From the NCBI GenBank assembly GCA_963713975.1, contig OY970218.1:2912001-2976000 (forward strand): 64,000 nt of DNA, read 5' to 3'. A program made the translations under genes and the position numbers. The stretch comes from an uncultured Chloroflexia bacterium (lineage in GTDB: Bacteria > Chloroflexota > Limnocylindria > Limnocylindrales > CSP1-4). The notes beneath the pieces were generated by a model. That model was not told where the DNA came from. It saw only the letters and a list, made by a program, of their open reading frames with translations, and ran no database searches. Positions 8,366-18,644 of this stretch are shown here, piece after piece; position 1 is the stretch's first letter; every line of letters begins with the position of its first letter.

Positions 8366-10501
8366 GTGCCGATCCTCGACCGCCTCCAGGACCCTGCGGA
8401 GCTCCGTGGACTCTCGGAGCCCGAGCTGGACCAGCTCGCCGCCGAGATTCGGGAGACGATCATCCGCACCGTCGCCACCACTGGTGGCCACCTGGGGTCG
8501 TCGCTGGGCGTCGTCGAGGTTACCCTGGCGCTGCATCGCCTGCTGGAGTCGCCGCGCGACAGGATCGTGTGGGATACGGGACACCAGGCGTATGCGCACA
8601 AGTTGCTGACCGGACGCCTCGGACGCTTCGACACGCTGCGCCAGATCGACGGCATCGGCGGGTTCCCGCGGCGCACAGAATCCGAGCACGACGTGTTCGA
8701 CGGCGGCCATGCCGGCACCGGGCTGTCGATCGCCCAGGGCCTCGCGACGGCCCGGGACCTGCGGCACTCGATGGAACGGGTTGCCGTCGTCGTCGGCGAT
8801 GCCGCATTGCTCTCGGGCCTGTCGCTCGAGGCGCTCAACGACATCGGGCACCGCCAGACACAGCTCCTGATCGTGCTCAACGACAACGAGATGTCGATCA
8901 GCCCGTCGGTCGGGGCGATCTCGAAGTACCTGTCCGAGATCAAGCTGTCGCAGGCCTGGCAGCAGGGCAAGGGCGCCTGGGACACCGCGACCGAGCACGT
9001 CCCGGTGGTCGGACCGCGGCTCCTCGAGATCAGCCGCCGGTTCCGCCAGTCGGTCGTCACGTTCGCGCAGCCCGGCCAGCTGTTCGAGGACCTGGGGATT
9101 ACCTACATCGGCGTCATGCCCGGCCACGATCGCCCCGCGCTCGAGGAGACGTTCCGGCGGGCGCTGGCCCTCAACGGTCCGGTCATCGTGCATGTCCGCA
9201 CCCAGAAGGGCAAGGGCTACAAGCCGGCCGAGGCAGACCAGATCTCGTTCCACGGCGCCGCCCTGCCGCCGATCACGCTCGCGCCGACGACCGACGCGCT
9301 TGACCGCGTCACGAGCCCAAGGGCCAACGGCGACGGCATGTCCTCGTCGGCGGCGGGCGGCTCCTCCGTGACCCATTCACGCGAGGCCGACGAGGGAGCC
9401 CCGCCTTCGGCGTCGGTCATGGCCGATCGCCGGACCCACGAGACGTCCGAGCGTGCGACCGATGGTGACGCCGTGGCGCCGGCACCCGGTGCGTCGGACG
9501 GGGATCCCCAGAACACCCGGCGGCAGCCCAACTACACCGCGTACTTCGCCCTGGAGCTGGTCGCGATGGCGGAACAGGACCGGCGCATCGTGGGCATCAC
9601 CGCGGGCATGCCCACGGGCACCGGCATGTCCAAGCTCCAGGCCGCCTACCCGGAGCGGTTCATCGACGTGGGCATCGCGGAGCAGCATGCCGTCACCCTT
9701 GCCACCGGCCTCGCGCTGGGCGGCATGCGCCCGGTCGTGGCGCTCTACTCCACGTTCCTGCAGCGAGCGTTCGACCAGACCGTCCACGACGTCTGCCAGA
9801 ACGACGCCCCGGTGCTGCTCGCCGTGGACCGCGCAGGCCTGGTGGGCGAGGACGGCACCAGCCACCAGGGGATGTTCACGATCCCGGCCCAGCGGATGCT
9901 GCCCAACCTCGTCATCGCGAGCCCGCGTGACGAGCAGGAGCTCCGCTCGCTGGTGCGGACCGCGCTGGCCCAGGACCATCCGTTCGCGCTGCACTACCCG
10001 CGCGATGCCGGCTTCGGCATACCCGAGCGGGAGCCGGAGGTGCTGCCGGTCGGTCGCGGCGAGACGCTGCGCGAGGGTCGCGACCTGCTGTTCGTGACGT
10101 TCGGGCCCATCACGGCCCGGGCCCTGGAGGCCGCCGACAGGCTGGAGGCGCACGGCTGGTCGGTCGGCGTGATCAACGCGCGCTTTGCCAAGCCGCTCGA
10201 CCGCGAGCTCATCCTCGACGGTGCCCGCGACAAGCGGCTGGTCGTGACCTTCGAGGAGAGCGTGGTCACGGGCGGGTTCGGAGCCGGCGTGCTCGAGATG
10301 CTCGAGGAGGCCCGCCTCGCCGATCCCGCGCTGCGCGACATCCCGGTCCGGATCCTCGGGATCCCGGGTGACCGGTTCGTGGACCACGGGTCGGTCACCG
10401 ACCTGCGGCGCCTGATCCGGCTCGACGTCTCGGGCCTCACCGCCCAGGTCCAGGAGACGCTCGACCTCCTCGGGATCCAGTCTCCGGTGGCCGCCGGCTG
10501 A
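8366..10501 (+). CDS. dxs: 1-deoxy-D-xylulose-5-phosphate synthase
   Basis: GGHLGSSLGVVE, WDTGHQAYAHK, DVGIAEQHA, YSTFLQRAFDQ. Confidence 0.97.
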   Translation: MPILDRLQDPAELRGLSEPELDQLAAEIRETIIRTVATTGGHLGSSLGVVEVTLALHRLLESPRDRIVWDTGHQAYAHKLLTGRLGRFDTLRQIDGIGGFPRRTESEHDVFDGGHAGTGLSIAQGLATARDLRHSMERVAVVVGDAALLSGLSLEALNDIGHRQTQLLIVLNDNEMSISPSVGAISKYLSEIKLSQAWQQGKGAWDTATEHVPVVGPRLLEISRRFRQSVVTFAQPGQLFEDLGITYIGVMPGHDRPALEETFRRALALNGPVIVHVRTQKGKGYKPAEADQISFHGAALPPITLAPTTDALDRVTSPRANGDGMSSSAAGGSSVTHSREADEGAPPSASVMADRRTHETSERATDGDAVAPAPGASDGDPQNTRRQPNYTAYFALELVAMAEQDRRIVGITAGMPTGTGMSKLQAAYPERFIDVGIAEQHAVTLATGLALGGMRPVVALYSTFLQRAFDQTVHDVCQNDAPVLLAVDRAGLVGEDGTSHQGMFTIPAQRMLPNLVIASPRDEQELRSLVRTALAQDHPFALHYPRDAGFGIPEREPEVLPVGRGETLREGRDLLFVTFGPITARALEAADRLEAHGWSVGVINARFAKPLDRELILDGARDKRLVVTFEESVVTGGFGAGVLEMLEEARLADPALRDIPVRILGIPGDRFVDHGSVTDLRRLIRLDVSGLTAQVQETLDLLGIQSPVAAG

Positions 10502-10552
10502 CGCTCGCGCGGCGCGCCCCGTCATTGCCCGGCTGTGGCACGATCCACGTTG

Positions 10553-10855
10553 ATGAGCCACCCGTCCGTCACCAGGCAGCGCGAGACCGCCCCCGTTGAC
10601 GAGCTGGACGTCGATCCCGCGCTTGCCCGGCGGTGGGTGGTGGTCGTGTGGAACGATCCCGTCAACCTCATGACCTACGTCACCTACGTGTTCCGGAAGC
10701 TGTTCGGGTACAGCCACGCCCGGGCGACCGCGCTCATGCTGCAGGTCCACCACGAGGGCCGTGCCGTGGTCTCGGGCGGCACGCAGGAGCGGTGCGAGCA
10801 CGACGCCTCGCGCCTGCATGCCCACGGGTTGTGGGCGACGATCCAGCAGGACTGA
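10553..10855 (+). CDS. clpS: ATP-dependent Clp protease adaptor ClpS
   Basis: [31 protein letters not shown]. Confidence 0.93.
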   Translation: MSHPSVTRQRETAPVDELDVDPALARRWVVVVWNDPVNLMTYVTYVFRKLFGYSHARATALMLQVHHEGRAVVSGGTQERCEHDASRLHAHGLWATIQQD

Positions 10856-10861
10856 TCACCC

Positions 10862-11374
10862 ATGAGCGAGCCCGGACCGCCCGTCACGCGGAGCGGCCAC
10901 GACCGGTTCCGGTTGCACCTCGACCCGCAGGAGCGCGAGGTGATCGCCTCGCTCGTCAGGGAGCTTCGGCAGGAGCTGGACGAGCAGGCGAACGGGCCAC
11001 AAGCTGCCGGGCTCGCGCGACTCCATCCTGCGGCATTCCCGGACGATCCGGTACGGGAGGCTGCGTACATCGACCTCGTCGGGGCCGATCTCGAGGACGG
11101 TCGCCGGCGAAGGCTAGCGGTCGTCGAGCAGACGGTGGACGAGACCGAGCTCGACGAGGAGCAGGCGGCCGCATGGCTCGGTGCCTGCAACGATCTCCGC
11201 CTGGTCCTCGGGACCAGCCTGGGCGTGACGGACGGCGATGACGAGGCGGCCATCCGGCCCGACGACCCTGACGCGAGGAGGCGGATCGTGTACGCGTACC
11301 TGGGCTGGCTCGTCGGGTCCCTCGTGGACGCCCTCGCGGCCGGGCTGCCCGAGGACCCTGCGACCTCTGCCTGA
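10862..11374 (+). CDS. DUF2017 family protein
   Basis: LARLHPAAFPDD, AWLGACNDLRLVLGT.LGV, YAYLGWL; follows clpS as in Actinobacteria. Confidence 0.8.
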   Translation: MSEPGPPVTRSGHDRFRLHLDPQEREVIASLVRELRQELDEQANGPQAAGLARLHPAAFPDDPVREAAYIDLVGADLEDGRRRRLAVVEQTVDETELDEEQAAAWLGACNDLRLVLGTSLGVTDGDDEAAIRPDDPDARRRIVYAYLGWLVGSLVDALAAGLPEDPATSA

Positions 11375-11478
11375 CCGGCGCGGCCGCGCGCCTGCGCCAT
11401 CGGCCGGCCTCTCCGGCGCCACCGGCCGGCCCGCGCGTCGACAAGCCCCGGATGAGACGGCTGTGCCACGATAGGCAC

Positions 11479-12303
11479 ATGCCGGCCGCCACCGCCAAGC
11501 GCATCCGACTCGACCAGGTCCTCGTCGACCGTGGCCTCGTCCCGACGCGGTCGCGGGCGCAGGCGATCCTGCTCGCGGGCCAGGTGCGGGTGGGGGAGGG
11601 GGATGCGGCCCGTCATGACCTCAAGGCGGGGGACCTGGTGGACCGGAACGCCGTCGTGACTGTTGACCCAGGCCGGCAGTGGGTCAGTCGCGGTGCGCAC
11701 AAGCTGCTGGCTGCCCTGGACGCCTTCCCGGTGGATCCGTCCGGGCTCGTGGCCATGGACGTCGGCGCATCGACGGGCGGCTTCACCGAGGTGCTCCTGG
11801 CTCGCGGGGCCAGCCGTGTGTACGCCGTGGACGTGGGCTACGGCCAGCTGGCCGAGAAGCTCCGGCGTGACCCGCGCGTCGTCTCCATGGAGCGCGTGAA
11901 CGCGCGGAACCTGGTCTCGGACACGCTCCCGGAGCCCGTCACACTTGCCGTCATCGACGTCGCGTTCATCTCGCTCGCCCTTGTGCTGGGTCCGGTCCGG
12001 TCAGTGTTCCGTGATGGACCCGGGACCATCATCGCGCTGGTCAAGCCGCAGTTCGAGGCTGGACGCGCCGACGCGAAGGGCGGTGTCGTGCGGGATCGTG
12101 AGGTCCACCTGCGGGTGCTACGCGACAACGCCGCCACGGCGCGGAATGTCGGGTTGGGCGTCCGGGACGTCATCGCCTCGCCGATCCTGGGCCCGGAGGG
12201 CAACCGGGAGTTCCTGGCCTGGATGGGCCCTGGGCCATCCACCGCAAACCTGGAGAAGCGGATCGCGGTCGCGGTTGCGGCCGCCTGGGAGGATGCCTCG
12301 TGA
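11479..12303 (+). CDS. tlyA: TlyA family rRNA methyltransferase
   Basis: S4 domain RLDQVLV; VSRGAHKL, DVGASTGGFT, LVKPQFE, GNREF. Confidence 0.95.
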   Translation: MPAATAKRIRLDQVLVDRGLVPTRSRAQAILLAGQVRVGEGDAARHDLKAGDLVDRNAVVTVDPGRQWVSRGAHKLLAALDAFPVDPSGLVAMDVGASTGGFTEVLLARGASRVYAVDVGYGQLAEKLRRDPRVVSMERVNARNLVSDTLPEPVTLAVIDVAFISLALVLGPVRSVFRDGPGTIIALVKPQFEAGRADAKGGVVRDREVHLRVLRDNAATARNVGLGVRDVIASPILGPEGNREFLAWMGPGPSTANLEKRIAVAVAAAWEDAS

Positions 12304-13142
12304 CGCTGCGCCGGATCGGGTTTGCCTACAACCCCACGATCGATGCCGCCCTCGAGCTGCGCGAGCGGGCTGCCGGCTGGTGCCAAATGCGCGGCGTGGA
12401 GCACTGGGCCGCGCCGGCCGGCGAGACGGAGGAGCTGATCGCCGGGCTCCCGGGATCGGACGTTCTGGTCGTGCTGGGCGGAGATGGCACCTTCCTCCGG
12501 GCCGCGCAGGCGGTAGCCGAGGTGGACGTGCCGCTGCTGGGCGTGAACCTGGGCAAGGTGGGCTTCCTGTCCAAGGCCGAGGCCCACGGCCTGGAGCCCG
12601 TCCTGGAGCAGCTCCGCGCGGGCACATTCACCGTCCGTGACCGCATGGGCCTGAGCGGGGCGATCCTCCCGGCGGGCCGGCCCGGCCCGACCCGCTTCAC
12701 GGCGCTCAACGACATCGTCATCGCTCGGGGCTCGCTGGCGCGTGTCGTCCGCCTGGACGTGACCATCGACGAGTCGCATCTGGCCACGTTCGTTGCCGAC
12801 GGCCTGGTCGTGTCCAGCGCCACCGGCTCGACCGGGTACTCGTTCTCGGCGGGCGGGCCGATCCTGGATCCGCTGAGCCGGAACCTCGTGGTCACGCCGA
12901 TCGCGGGCTACCTCTCGGCCATCCGGTCGATCGTCGTGTCGCGGGACCAGGTGGTGCGCTGCCGGGTGCTGGACGCGCACGAGGCACTGGTGTCCATCGA
13001 CGGCCGCGAAGACCACGGGATCCAGGTGGGGGACGTGGTCGAGATCCGTGCCCTAGAGCGTCCGATCCGGTTCGTGGAGCCCGATGGCGCCATGCCGTTC
13101 TGGGACCTGCTGCGCACGAAGGTCGAGCTGCTGCCATCCTGA
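12300..13142 (+). CDS. nadK: NAD(+) kinase
   Basis: LGGDGTFL, GVNLGKVGFL, ALND, TGSTGYSFSAGGP. Confidence 0.95.
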   Translation: MTLRRIGFAYNPTIDAALELRERAAGWCQMRGVEHWAAPAGETEELIAGLPGSDVLVVLGGDGTFLRAAQAVAEVDVPLLGVNLGKVGFLSKAEAHGLEPVLEQLRAGTFTVRDRMGLSGAILPAGRPGPTRFTALNDIVIARGSLARVVRLDVTIDESHLATFVADGLVVSSATGSTGYSFSAGGPILDPLSRNLVVTPIAGYLSAIRSIVVSRDQVVRCRVLDAHEALVSIDGREDHGIQVGDVVEIRALERPIRFVEPDGAMPFWDLLRTKVELLPS

Positions 13143-14872
13143 TGGTGTCAACCGAGGCTGACTCCCGGCGCCCGGGCCGGCTGCTCGAGCTGGCGGTGAG
13201 CGATCTCGCGCTCATCGACCGCCTGCGGCTGCCGCTCGAGGCCGGCTTCAACGCGCTTACCGGGGAGACCGGAGCGGGCAAGAGCCTGTTGATCGACGCC
13301 CTCGGCCTGGCGACCGGCGCGCGCGCCGACACGACGCTGGTCCGGCACGGGGCCGAGAGCGCGCGCGTGGAGGCCCTGTTCGACAGGGTGCCGGAGCCGC
13401 TCATCGCCGTGCGGGAGGTCGGCGCGGGCGGGCGCTCCACCGCACGCCTGGACGACGAGACCGTCACGGCCGGCCGCCTCGCACTGGCGACGGGCGGTCT
13501 GGTCGAGATCCACGGGCAGCACGACCAGCAGCGCCTGTTGGACGAGGACTGGCAGCGGGACCTGCTCGACGCGTTCGGCGGTCACGCGGAGGCGAGGGCG
13601 CTCGTGGCCGGTGCCGTGGAGCGCTGGAGGTCGAACCGGGCGGCGTTGACCGAGCTGTCCATGGATCCTCGCGAGCTGGTGCGCAGGCTGGAGCTCCATG
13701 AGCACGAGGCATCCGAGATCGCAGCCGCCGGGCTGCGGGTGGGCGAGGCCGCTGAGATCACCCGGCAGCTCGCGTCAGCCCAGCACGGCGAGACCATCGC
13801 GTCGGGCGCGGCCACAGTGCGCGAGACGCTCCTCGCGGAGGGACGCGGTGCACGAGAGCGCGTGGCGCTCGCTGAGCGCGAGGTCCGGGTCCTGGCGCGG
13901 CTCGATGGGCGATGGGGTGCTCTCGCGGATCGCCTTGCGGGCCTCGAGGCGGAGCTCGAGGACGTGGCCGCCGAGGCGAGGGCACTGGCCGGGGCCGTGG
14001 ACCACGACCCCAACAGCCTGGCCCTCCTGGAGGATCGCCTCGGCGACATCCACCGGCTCCTCCGACGCTATGGAGACGACGAGGAGGCCGTCATCGCGCA
14101 CGGCGAGCGAGCCGCGGCAGAGGCCGCCCGGCTGCGCGGTCTCGAGGACGAGCGTGCCGGGCGGGCCCGGGAGGACGCCCGCCTGCTGCTGGAGGTGGCC
14201 GACGCCGCGGCTTCGCTGTCGATCCTGCGCCACGGGACCGCCGACGAGCTGGGCCGCGCCGTATCCGCGGTCCTGGCCGAGCTCGGCTTCCCGGCCGAGG
14301 CGTTCTCGGTGTCCCTGGGCCGCCGCCCAGCCGCCCGCGACGACCCCGCGGTGGAGGTGGATGGGGACGCGGTCGCGTTCGACGCCAGCGGGATCGACAC
14401 GGTCGTGTTCACCTTCCGGCCGAACCCGGGCGAGCCCGCGCGACCCATGGCACGGATCGCATCGGGGGGCGAGCTGTCGCGGGTTGCCCTCGCGGTGAAG
14501 CAGGTGCTGGCGGACGTGGACGAGACCCCGACGCTCGTGTTCGACGAGATTGACACCGGTATCGGGAGCCGGAGCGCAGACCCGGTGGGCCGCAGCCTGT
14601 GGACCCTCGCTCGTGATCACCAGGTCCTGTGCGTGACCCACCTGCCGCAGATCGCCGCCTACGCGGACGCCCACTACCGGATTGCCAAGCGCGAGCGGGC
14701 CGGCCGGACCGTGACCGAGATCACGCGCCTAGACCACGACGGGCGGGTGGCAGAGCTGGCCCTGATGATCGGGGGGCCGTCCGGGGGCGAGGCGGCCGTC
14801 CTCTCCGCGCGGGACCTGCTGGACCGTGCGGAGTGCTGGCGGGCCGGGCGGTCGGCCGGGGCCGGCGCCTGA
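13142..14872 (+). CDS. recN: DNA repair protein RecN
   Basis: LTGETGAGKS, IHGQHDQQ, ASGGELSR, FDEID, THLPQIAA. Confidence 0.96.
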   Translation: MVSTEADSRRPGRLLELAVSDLALIDRLRLPLEAGFNALTGETGAGKSLLIDALGLATGARADTTLVRHGAESARVEALFDRVPEPLIAVREVGAGGRSTARLDDETVTAGRLALATGGLVEIHGQHDQQRLLDEDWQRDLLDAFGGHAEARALVAGAVERWRSNRAALTELSMDPRELVRRLELHEHEASEIAAAGLRVGEAAEITRQLASAQHGETIASGAATVRETLLAEGRGARERVALAEREVRVLARLDGRWGALADRLAGLEAELEDVAAEARALAGAVDHDPNSLALLEDRLGDIHRLLRRYGDDEEAVIAHGERAAAEAARLRGLEDERAGRAREDARLLLEVADAAASLSILRHGTADELGRAVSAVLAELGFPAEAFSVSLGRRPAARDDPAVEVDGDAVAFDASGIDTVVFTFRPNPGEPARPMARIASGGELSRVALAVKQVLADVDETPTLVFDEIDTGIGSRSADPVGRSLWTLARDHQVLCVTHLPQIAAYADAHYRIAKRERAGRTVTEITRLDHDGRVAELALMIGGPSGGEAAVLSARDLLDRAECWRAGRSAGAGA

Positions 14873-14885
14873 CGCCGGGACGCAC

Positions 14886-15857
14886 GTGACCGTCGATCTG
14901 GACCGGGCCGTCGAGGACTACCTGACCTACCTGCGGGTCGAGCGTGGCCTCGCGGACGCGACCCTCCGCGCGTATCGCTCCGATCTCGGCGACTTCGCCA
15001 TGAGTCGGGGCGCGACCCGTGACTGGGCGTCCGGCCCGGAGGTGGCGCTCCGCTACCTCGCCGCGCGAGCCCGTCGCGGCCGCCCGCGGGATCCGGGCCT
15101 GGCACCCACGAGCCTCCGCCGCCGGACCGCGGCCATCCGCGGCTTCTACCGGTTCGCGTTTGGGGACGGCCTGATCTGTGTCGATGTCGCGCCGCACCTG
15201 GACCTGCCGCGCCAGCCGCGCCTGCTGCCCGAGACCCTGACGATCGAGGAGGTGGACCGGCTCCTCGAGGCGTCCGGCGGCGCCCCGACCGCGAGCAGGG
15301 GGCGCGGCCGACGCCGGGGAGGGGGCGATGCGGAGGGAGTCGCCCTGCGCAACCGGGCCCTGCTGGAGCTGCTCTACGCCGCCGGGCTGCGCGTGTCCGA
15401 GGCGCTCCAGCTCGACGTCGAGCACCTGGCGCGGGAGGCCGCCTACGTGCGCGTGATCGGCAAGGGCGACCGTGAGCGCGTCGTCCCGGTGGGGGAGGTG
15501 GCCCTCGGCTGGATCGACCGCTACCTGGCGTGGCCCCGGGCCGCGTGGCTGGCGGGGGCCGGAGAGGGTGATGGCCCGAGGACGCCGCTGTTCGTGACGC
15601 GGGGCGGACGCCGCCTGGGGCGGCAGGCTGCGTGGGCGGCCGTGAAGGCCGCGGCCGATGCCGCCGACCTCGGTGACCGTGTCTCCCCGCACACCCTCCG
15701 CCATTCCTTCGCGACCCACCTCCTGGAGGGCGGGGCCGACCTGCGGGTCGTGCAGGAGTTGCTGGGCCATGCAAGCATTGCCACCACGCAGTTGTACACA
15801 CACGTCACCGGGGAGCGGATCCGGGAGGTCTACGCCCGCGCGCATCCGCGGGCCTGA
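14886..15857 (+). CDS. xerD: tyrosine recombinase XerD
   Basis: ELLYAAGLRVSE, GKGDRERVVP, SPHTLRHSFATHLLEGGADLR, LGHASIATTQLY. Confidence 0.93.
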   Translation: MTVDLDRAVEDYLTYLRVERGLADATLRAYRSDLGDFAMSRGATRDWASGPEVALRYLAARARRGRPRDPGLAPTSLRRRTAAIRGFYRFAFGDGLICVDVAPHLDLPRQPRLLPETLTIEEVDRLLEASGGAPTASRGRGRRRGGGDAEGVALRNRALLELLYAAGLRVSEALQLDVEHLAREAAYVRVIGKGDRERVVPVGEVALGWIDRYLAWPRAAWLAGAGEGDGPRTPLFVTRGGRRLGRQAAWAAVKAAADAADLGDRVSPHTLRHSFATHLLEGGADLRVVQELLGHASIATTQLYTHVTGERIREVYARAHPRA

Positions 15858-15875
15858 GGGAGGACGAGGGACACC

Positions 15876-16628
15876 GTGGGCTACACCGAGTCGCTGCTTG
15901 CCAACGGCGAGCGCATCGTCCGTACGGCGCACCAGCACTGGTTCATCCTCGTGTGGCGGGCGCGTTGGGCAGTGCTCGGCCTGATCATCGCGGTGCTCCT
16001 CATGATCTTCCGGGTGCTCAACCCGGACGCCAGCGGCTTGCTGTGGGACCTCCTGGGGTGGGCGGCGCTGATCCTGGTCATCATCGGTGTCGTCGGCTTC
16101 GCCTGGGGTGCCCTCACCTTCAGGAGCGAGGAGTACGTGATCACGAGCCGGCGGATCATCCATACGCGAGGTGTGATCAACAAGCGGGCCACGGACTCGT
16201 CCCTCGAGAAGATCAACGACGCGGTCCTCGTGGAGTCGGTCTTCGGCCGCATCTTCGGGTTTGGGAACCTCGAGGTCCTCACCGCGTCCGAGGCCGGCAT
16301 CGAGCACCTCCAGATGCTGCGCGATGCGAAGGAGTTCAAGAAGGCGATGCTCGAGGCCAAGCACGAGCTGGAGCTGGAGTTGAGCCGGCCCACCATGCCG
16401 CCCGTCCGCGCCACAGAGCCCGCCAAGGCTCCGCCGGTCGTGGTCCCGGCGGCCGCTGTGGCGCCCGTTCCTGCCGTCGCCCCCTTCGCGCCGCCACGCA
16501 CGCCGGAGATCGACACCGCCGAGGAGGTTGCGGACGCGCTGAAGGGCCTCGGCGAGCTGCGGGACAAGGGGATCCTCACGCAGGCCGAGTTCGACGCGAA
16601 GAAGTCGGAGCTGCTCGGGCGGCTGTAG
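15876..16628 (+). CDS. membrane protein with bacterial PH domain and C-terminal SHOCT domain
   Basis: 2 TM, YVITSRRII..GV, GRIFGFG; C-terminal LRDKGILTQAEFDAKKSELL. Confidence 0.8.
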   Translation: MGYTESLLANGERIVRTAHQHWFILVWRARWAVLGLIIAVLLMIFRVLNPDASGLLWDLLGWAALILVIIGVVGFAWGALTFRSEEYVITSRRIIHTRGVINKRATDSSLEKINDAVLVESVFGRIFGFGNLEVLTASEAGIEHLQMLRDAKEFKKAMLEAKHELELELSRPTMPPVRATEPAKAPPVVVPAAAVAPVPAVAPFAPPRTPEIDTAEEVADALKGLGELRDKGILTQAEFDAKKSELLGRL

Positions 16629-16680
16629 CCACGAAGCCGGGTAGGATACGCGGGACCCCCAAGACCCCCACGAGGCCCGC

Positions 16681-17304
16681 GTGAACGACATCGTCCTCAA
16701 TCTCGTGATGATCGCGATCTTCCTCGGGATCGCGTTCCCGGTGCACGAGTTTTCGCACGCCGCGGTCGCCTACATGCGCGGCGATGCCACGGCGAAGCTG
16801 TTCGGGCGGATGACGCTCAACCCGATCGTCCACTTCGACCCGATCGGCGGCATGATGGTCGTGGTCTCGATCTTCCTCGGCGGCTTCCTGATCGGCTGGG
16901 CGAAGCCGACACCCGTCAACGTCGGCAACCTGCGCGACCGCAGGAACGACGAGATGCTGGTGGCGCTCGCTGGCCCGGCGTCGAACATGGTGATGGCCCT
17001 CATCGGGGCGTTCGCCATCCGGGTCCTGGTGGCCCTCCAGGTGGACGTCCCGATCCTGTTCGCGCAGGGGCTGACCTACTTCCTCGTGTTCAATATCATG
17101 CTGGCCATCTTCAACCTGATCCCGATCCCGCCGCTCGACGGGTCCACCCTGCTGTTCCGGTTCCTCCCGCCGGAGCGCGCGTGGCAGATCCGGCCAATCC
17201 TGGCCCAGTACGGGATCTTCCTGATCCTCGGTTTTGTGCTCCTTGCCGGCCAGGTCCTCTCCGGCTTCATCTGGAACGTTGCGGTCTTCCTGGCCGGCGG
17301 GTAA
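16681..17304 (+). CDS. site-2 protease (M50) family
   Basis: HEFSH, TLNPIVHFDP, FNLIPIPPLDG. Confidence 0.92.
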   Translation: MNDIVLNLVMIAIFLGIAFPVHEFSHAAVAYMRGDATAKLFGRMTLNPIVHFDPIGGMMVVVSIFLGGFLIGWAKPTPVNVGNLRDRRNDEMLVALAGPASNMVMALIGAFAIRVLVALQVDVPILFAQGLTYFLVFNIMLAIFNLIPIPPLDGSTLLFRFLPPERAWQIRPILAQYGIFLILGFVLLAGQVLSGFIWNVAVFLAGG

Positions 17305-17773
17305 GGCGCGCCAGCTCCGGGCGCATCTCACGGCCCGCGTGAGCCCCGTGGAGCGCCGGGCGCTTGCCGCCTGGACCACGCCCGCCGAGCTCGCCCTGTT
17401 CGATGCCCAGCACGTCGCCGACCGCCGTCACGGCTTGGACGTCGTCGCGTACCTGCAGCGCGCCGGCGTGACCGACCGGGACGTGCTGGCGGCCGGCCTG
17501 CTCCACGACTGCGCCAAGGGCGACACGGGCGCCGGACCGCGCATCGCCTGGTCACTCGGAGAGCGGCTGGGGACATCGATCCTTGCGCCGGCCCGGCTCG
17601 TTCCCGGCTGGGCCGCCGCGCTCGAGCGGCTCCGGGACCACGCGGAGGCGTCTGCGGCCCTGCTGGCCGGGGCAGGCCTGCCGGATCGTGTCGTGGAGCT
17701 GGTGCGCCACCAGGCCGAACCTCGCGACCCCGAGTACGGGCGCGTGTTCCACGCGGCCGACGAGGCGTGCTGA
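17279..17773 (+). CDS. HD-domain protein
   Basis: DRRHG, LLHDCAK, H, AADE; start uncertain (TTG 17279 or GTG 17339). Confidence 0.75.
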   Translation: MRSSWPAGKARQLRAHLTARVSPVERRALAAWTTPAELALFDAQHVADRRHGLDVVAYLQRAGVTDRDVLAAGLLHDCAKGDTGAGPRIAWSLGERLGTSILAPARLVPGWAAALERLRDHAEASAALLAGAGLPDRVVELVRHQAEPRDPEYGRVFHAADEAC

Positions 17774-17774
17774 C

Positions 17775-18644
17775 GTGACCTCCGCCGTGCCGCCCGCGGT
17801 CGTGTTCGGCGATGGCCGACGACCCGAGGCCGCCACCCATGTGACGATCCCGGTCTTCGACGGACCGCTGGCCCTGCTGCTCGCGCTGATCGAGGCACGC
17901 CAGCTGGACGTGCTCACGGTGCCCCTCGGCGCGCTGGCGGACGCCTATCTCGACGCCCTGGCATCGTTGGACGGCGACCGGATGGGCAACGTCTCGGCGT
18001 TCGTGGCCATCGCCAGCCAGCTCATCCTCATCAAGTCCCGGGCCATGCTGCCGCGCCACCGGGCCGATGGCGCCGTGCCGCTCGCTGACGAGGGGCCGGA
18101 CCCTGAGGCCGAGCTCCGTGCCCGCCTGATCCTGTATCGCGCCTTCAGGGACGCGGGGACACGACTCCTCGATGAGGCCCGCGAGAGGATGGGCCTGTGG
18201 CACCGGGAGCCGTCCGCGGCGCGCGCTGCCGGCATCGCGGGGGCCCGGCCACCGACGGCGGAACCGCTCCCGGCGGCTCTCCTGGTCGGTGCGCTCGAGA
18301 GCCTCGTCACCGTCGTCCCGCCCCCGCCGCCGCTCCCCGAGACGATCCGGCGCACGATCACGCTTGGCCAGCGGGCGGCCGTGATCCGCCGGGCCCTGGC
18401 GGGAGCCGACGTGGTGGTGCTCCAGGACCTGCTCAAGGGGGTCCGTGACCGGGTCGTGGTTGCGATCACCTTCCTGGCGCTGCTGGAGCTCATGAAGCGA
18501 CGTGAGATCGTCGTCCAGCAGGACGAGCCGTGGGGACCGATCATGGTCCGCCAGACCACGGTCGATGAGCGCACCGTCGCAGGGGTCACCATGACGATCG
18601 ACGAGGAGGCACCACTGGACGAGTCGCTGGAGTCCTTCTCATGA
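17775..18644 (+). CDS. scpA: segregation/condensation protein A
   Basis: FDGPLALLLALI, LIKSRAMLP, ITFLALLELMK. Confidence 0.93.
   Translation: MTSAVPPAVVFGDGRRPEAATHVTIPVFDGPLALLLALIEARQLDVLTVPLGALADAYLDALASLDGDRMGNVSAFVAIASQLILIKSRAMLPRHRADGAVPLADEGPDPEAELRARLILYRAFRDAGTRLLDEARERMGLWHREPSAARAAGIAGARPPTAEPLPAALLVGALESLVTVVPPPPPLPETIRRTITLGQRAAVIRRALAGADVVVLQDLLKGVRDRVVVAITFLALLELMKRREIVVQQDEPWGPIMVRQTTVDERTVAGVTMTIDEEAPLDESLESFS

Noticed and set aside
14886-15857. Tyrosine recombinase as a mobile-element integrase
   Set aside because: Canonical XerD motifs in the conserved recN-xerD-scpAB context; no att repeats
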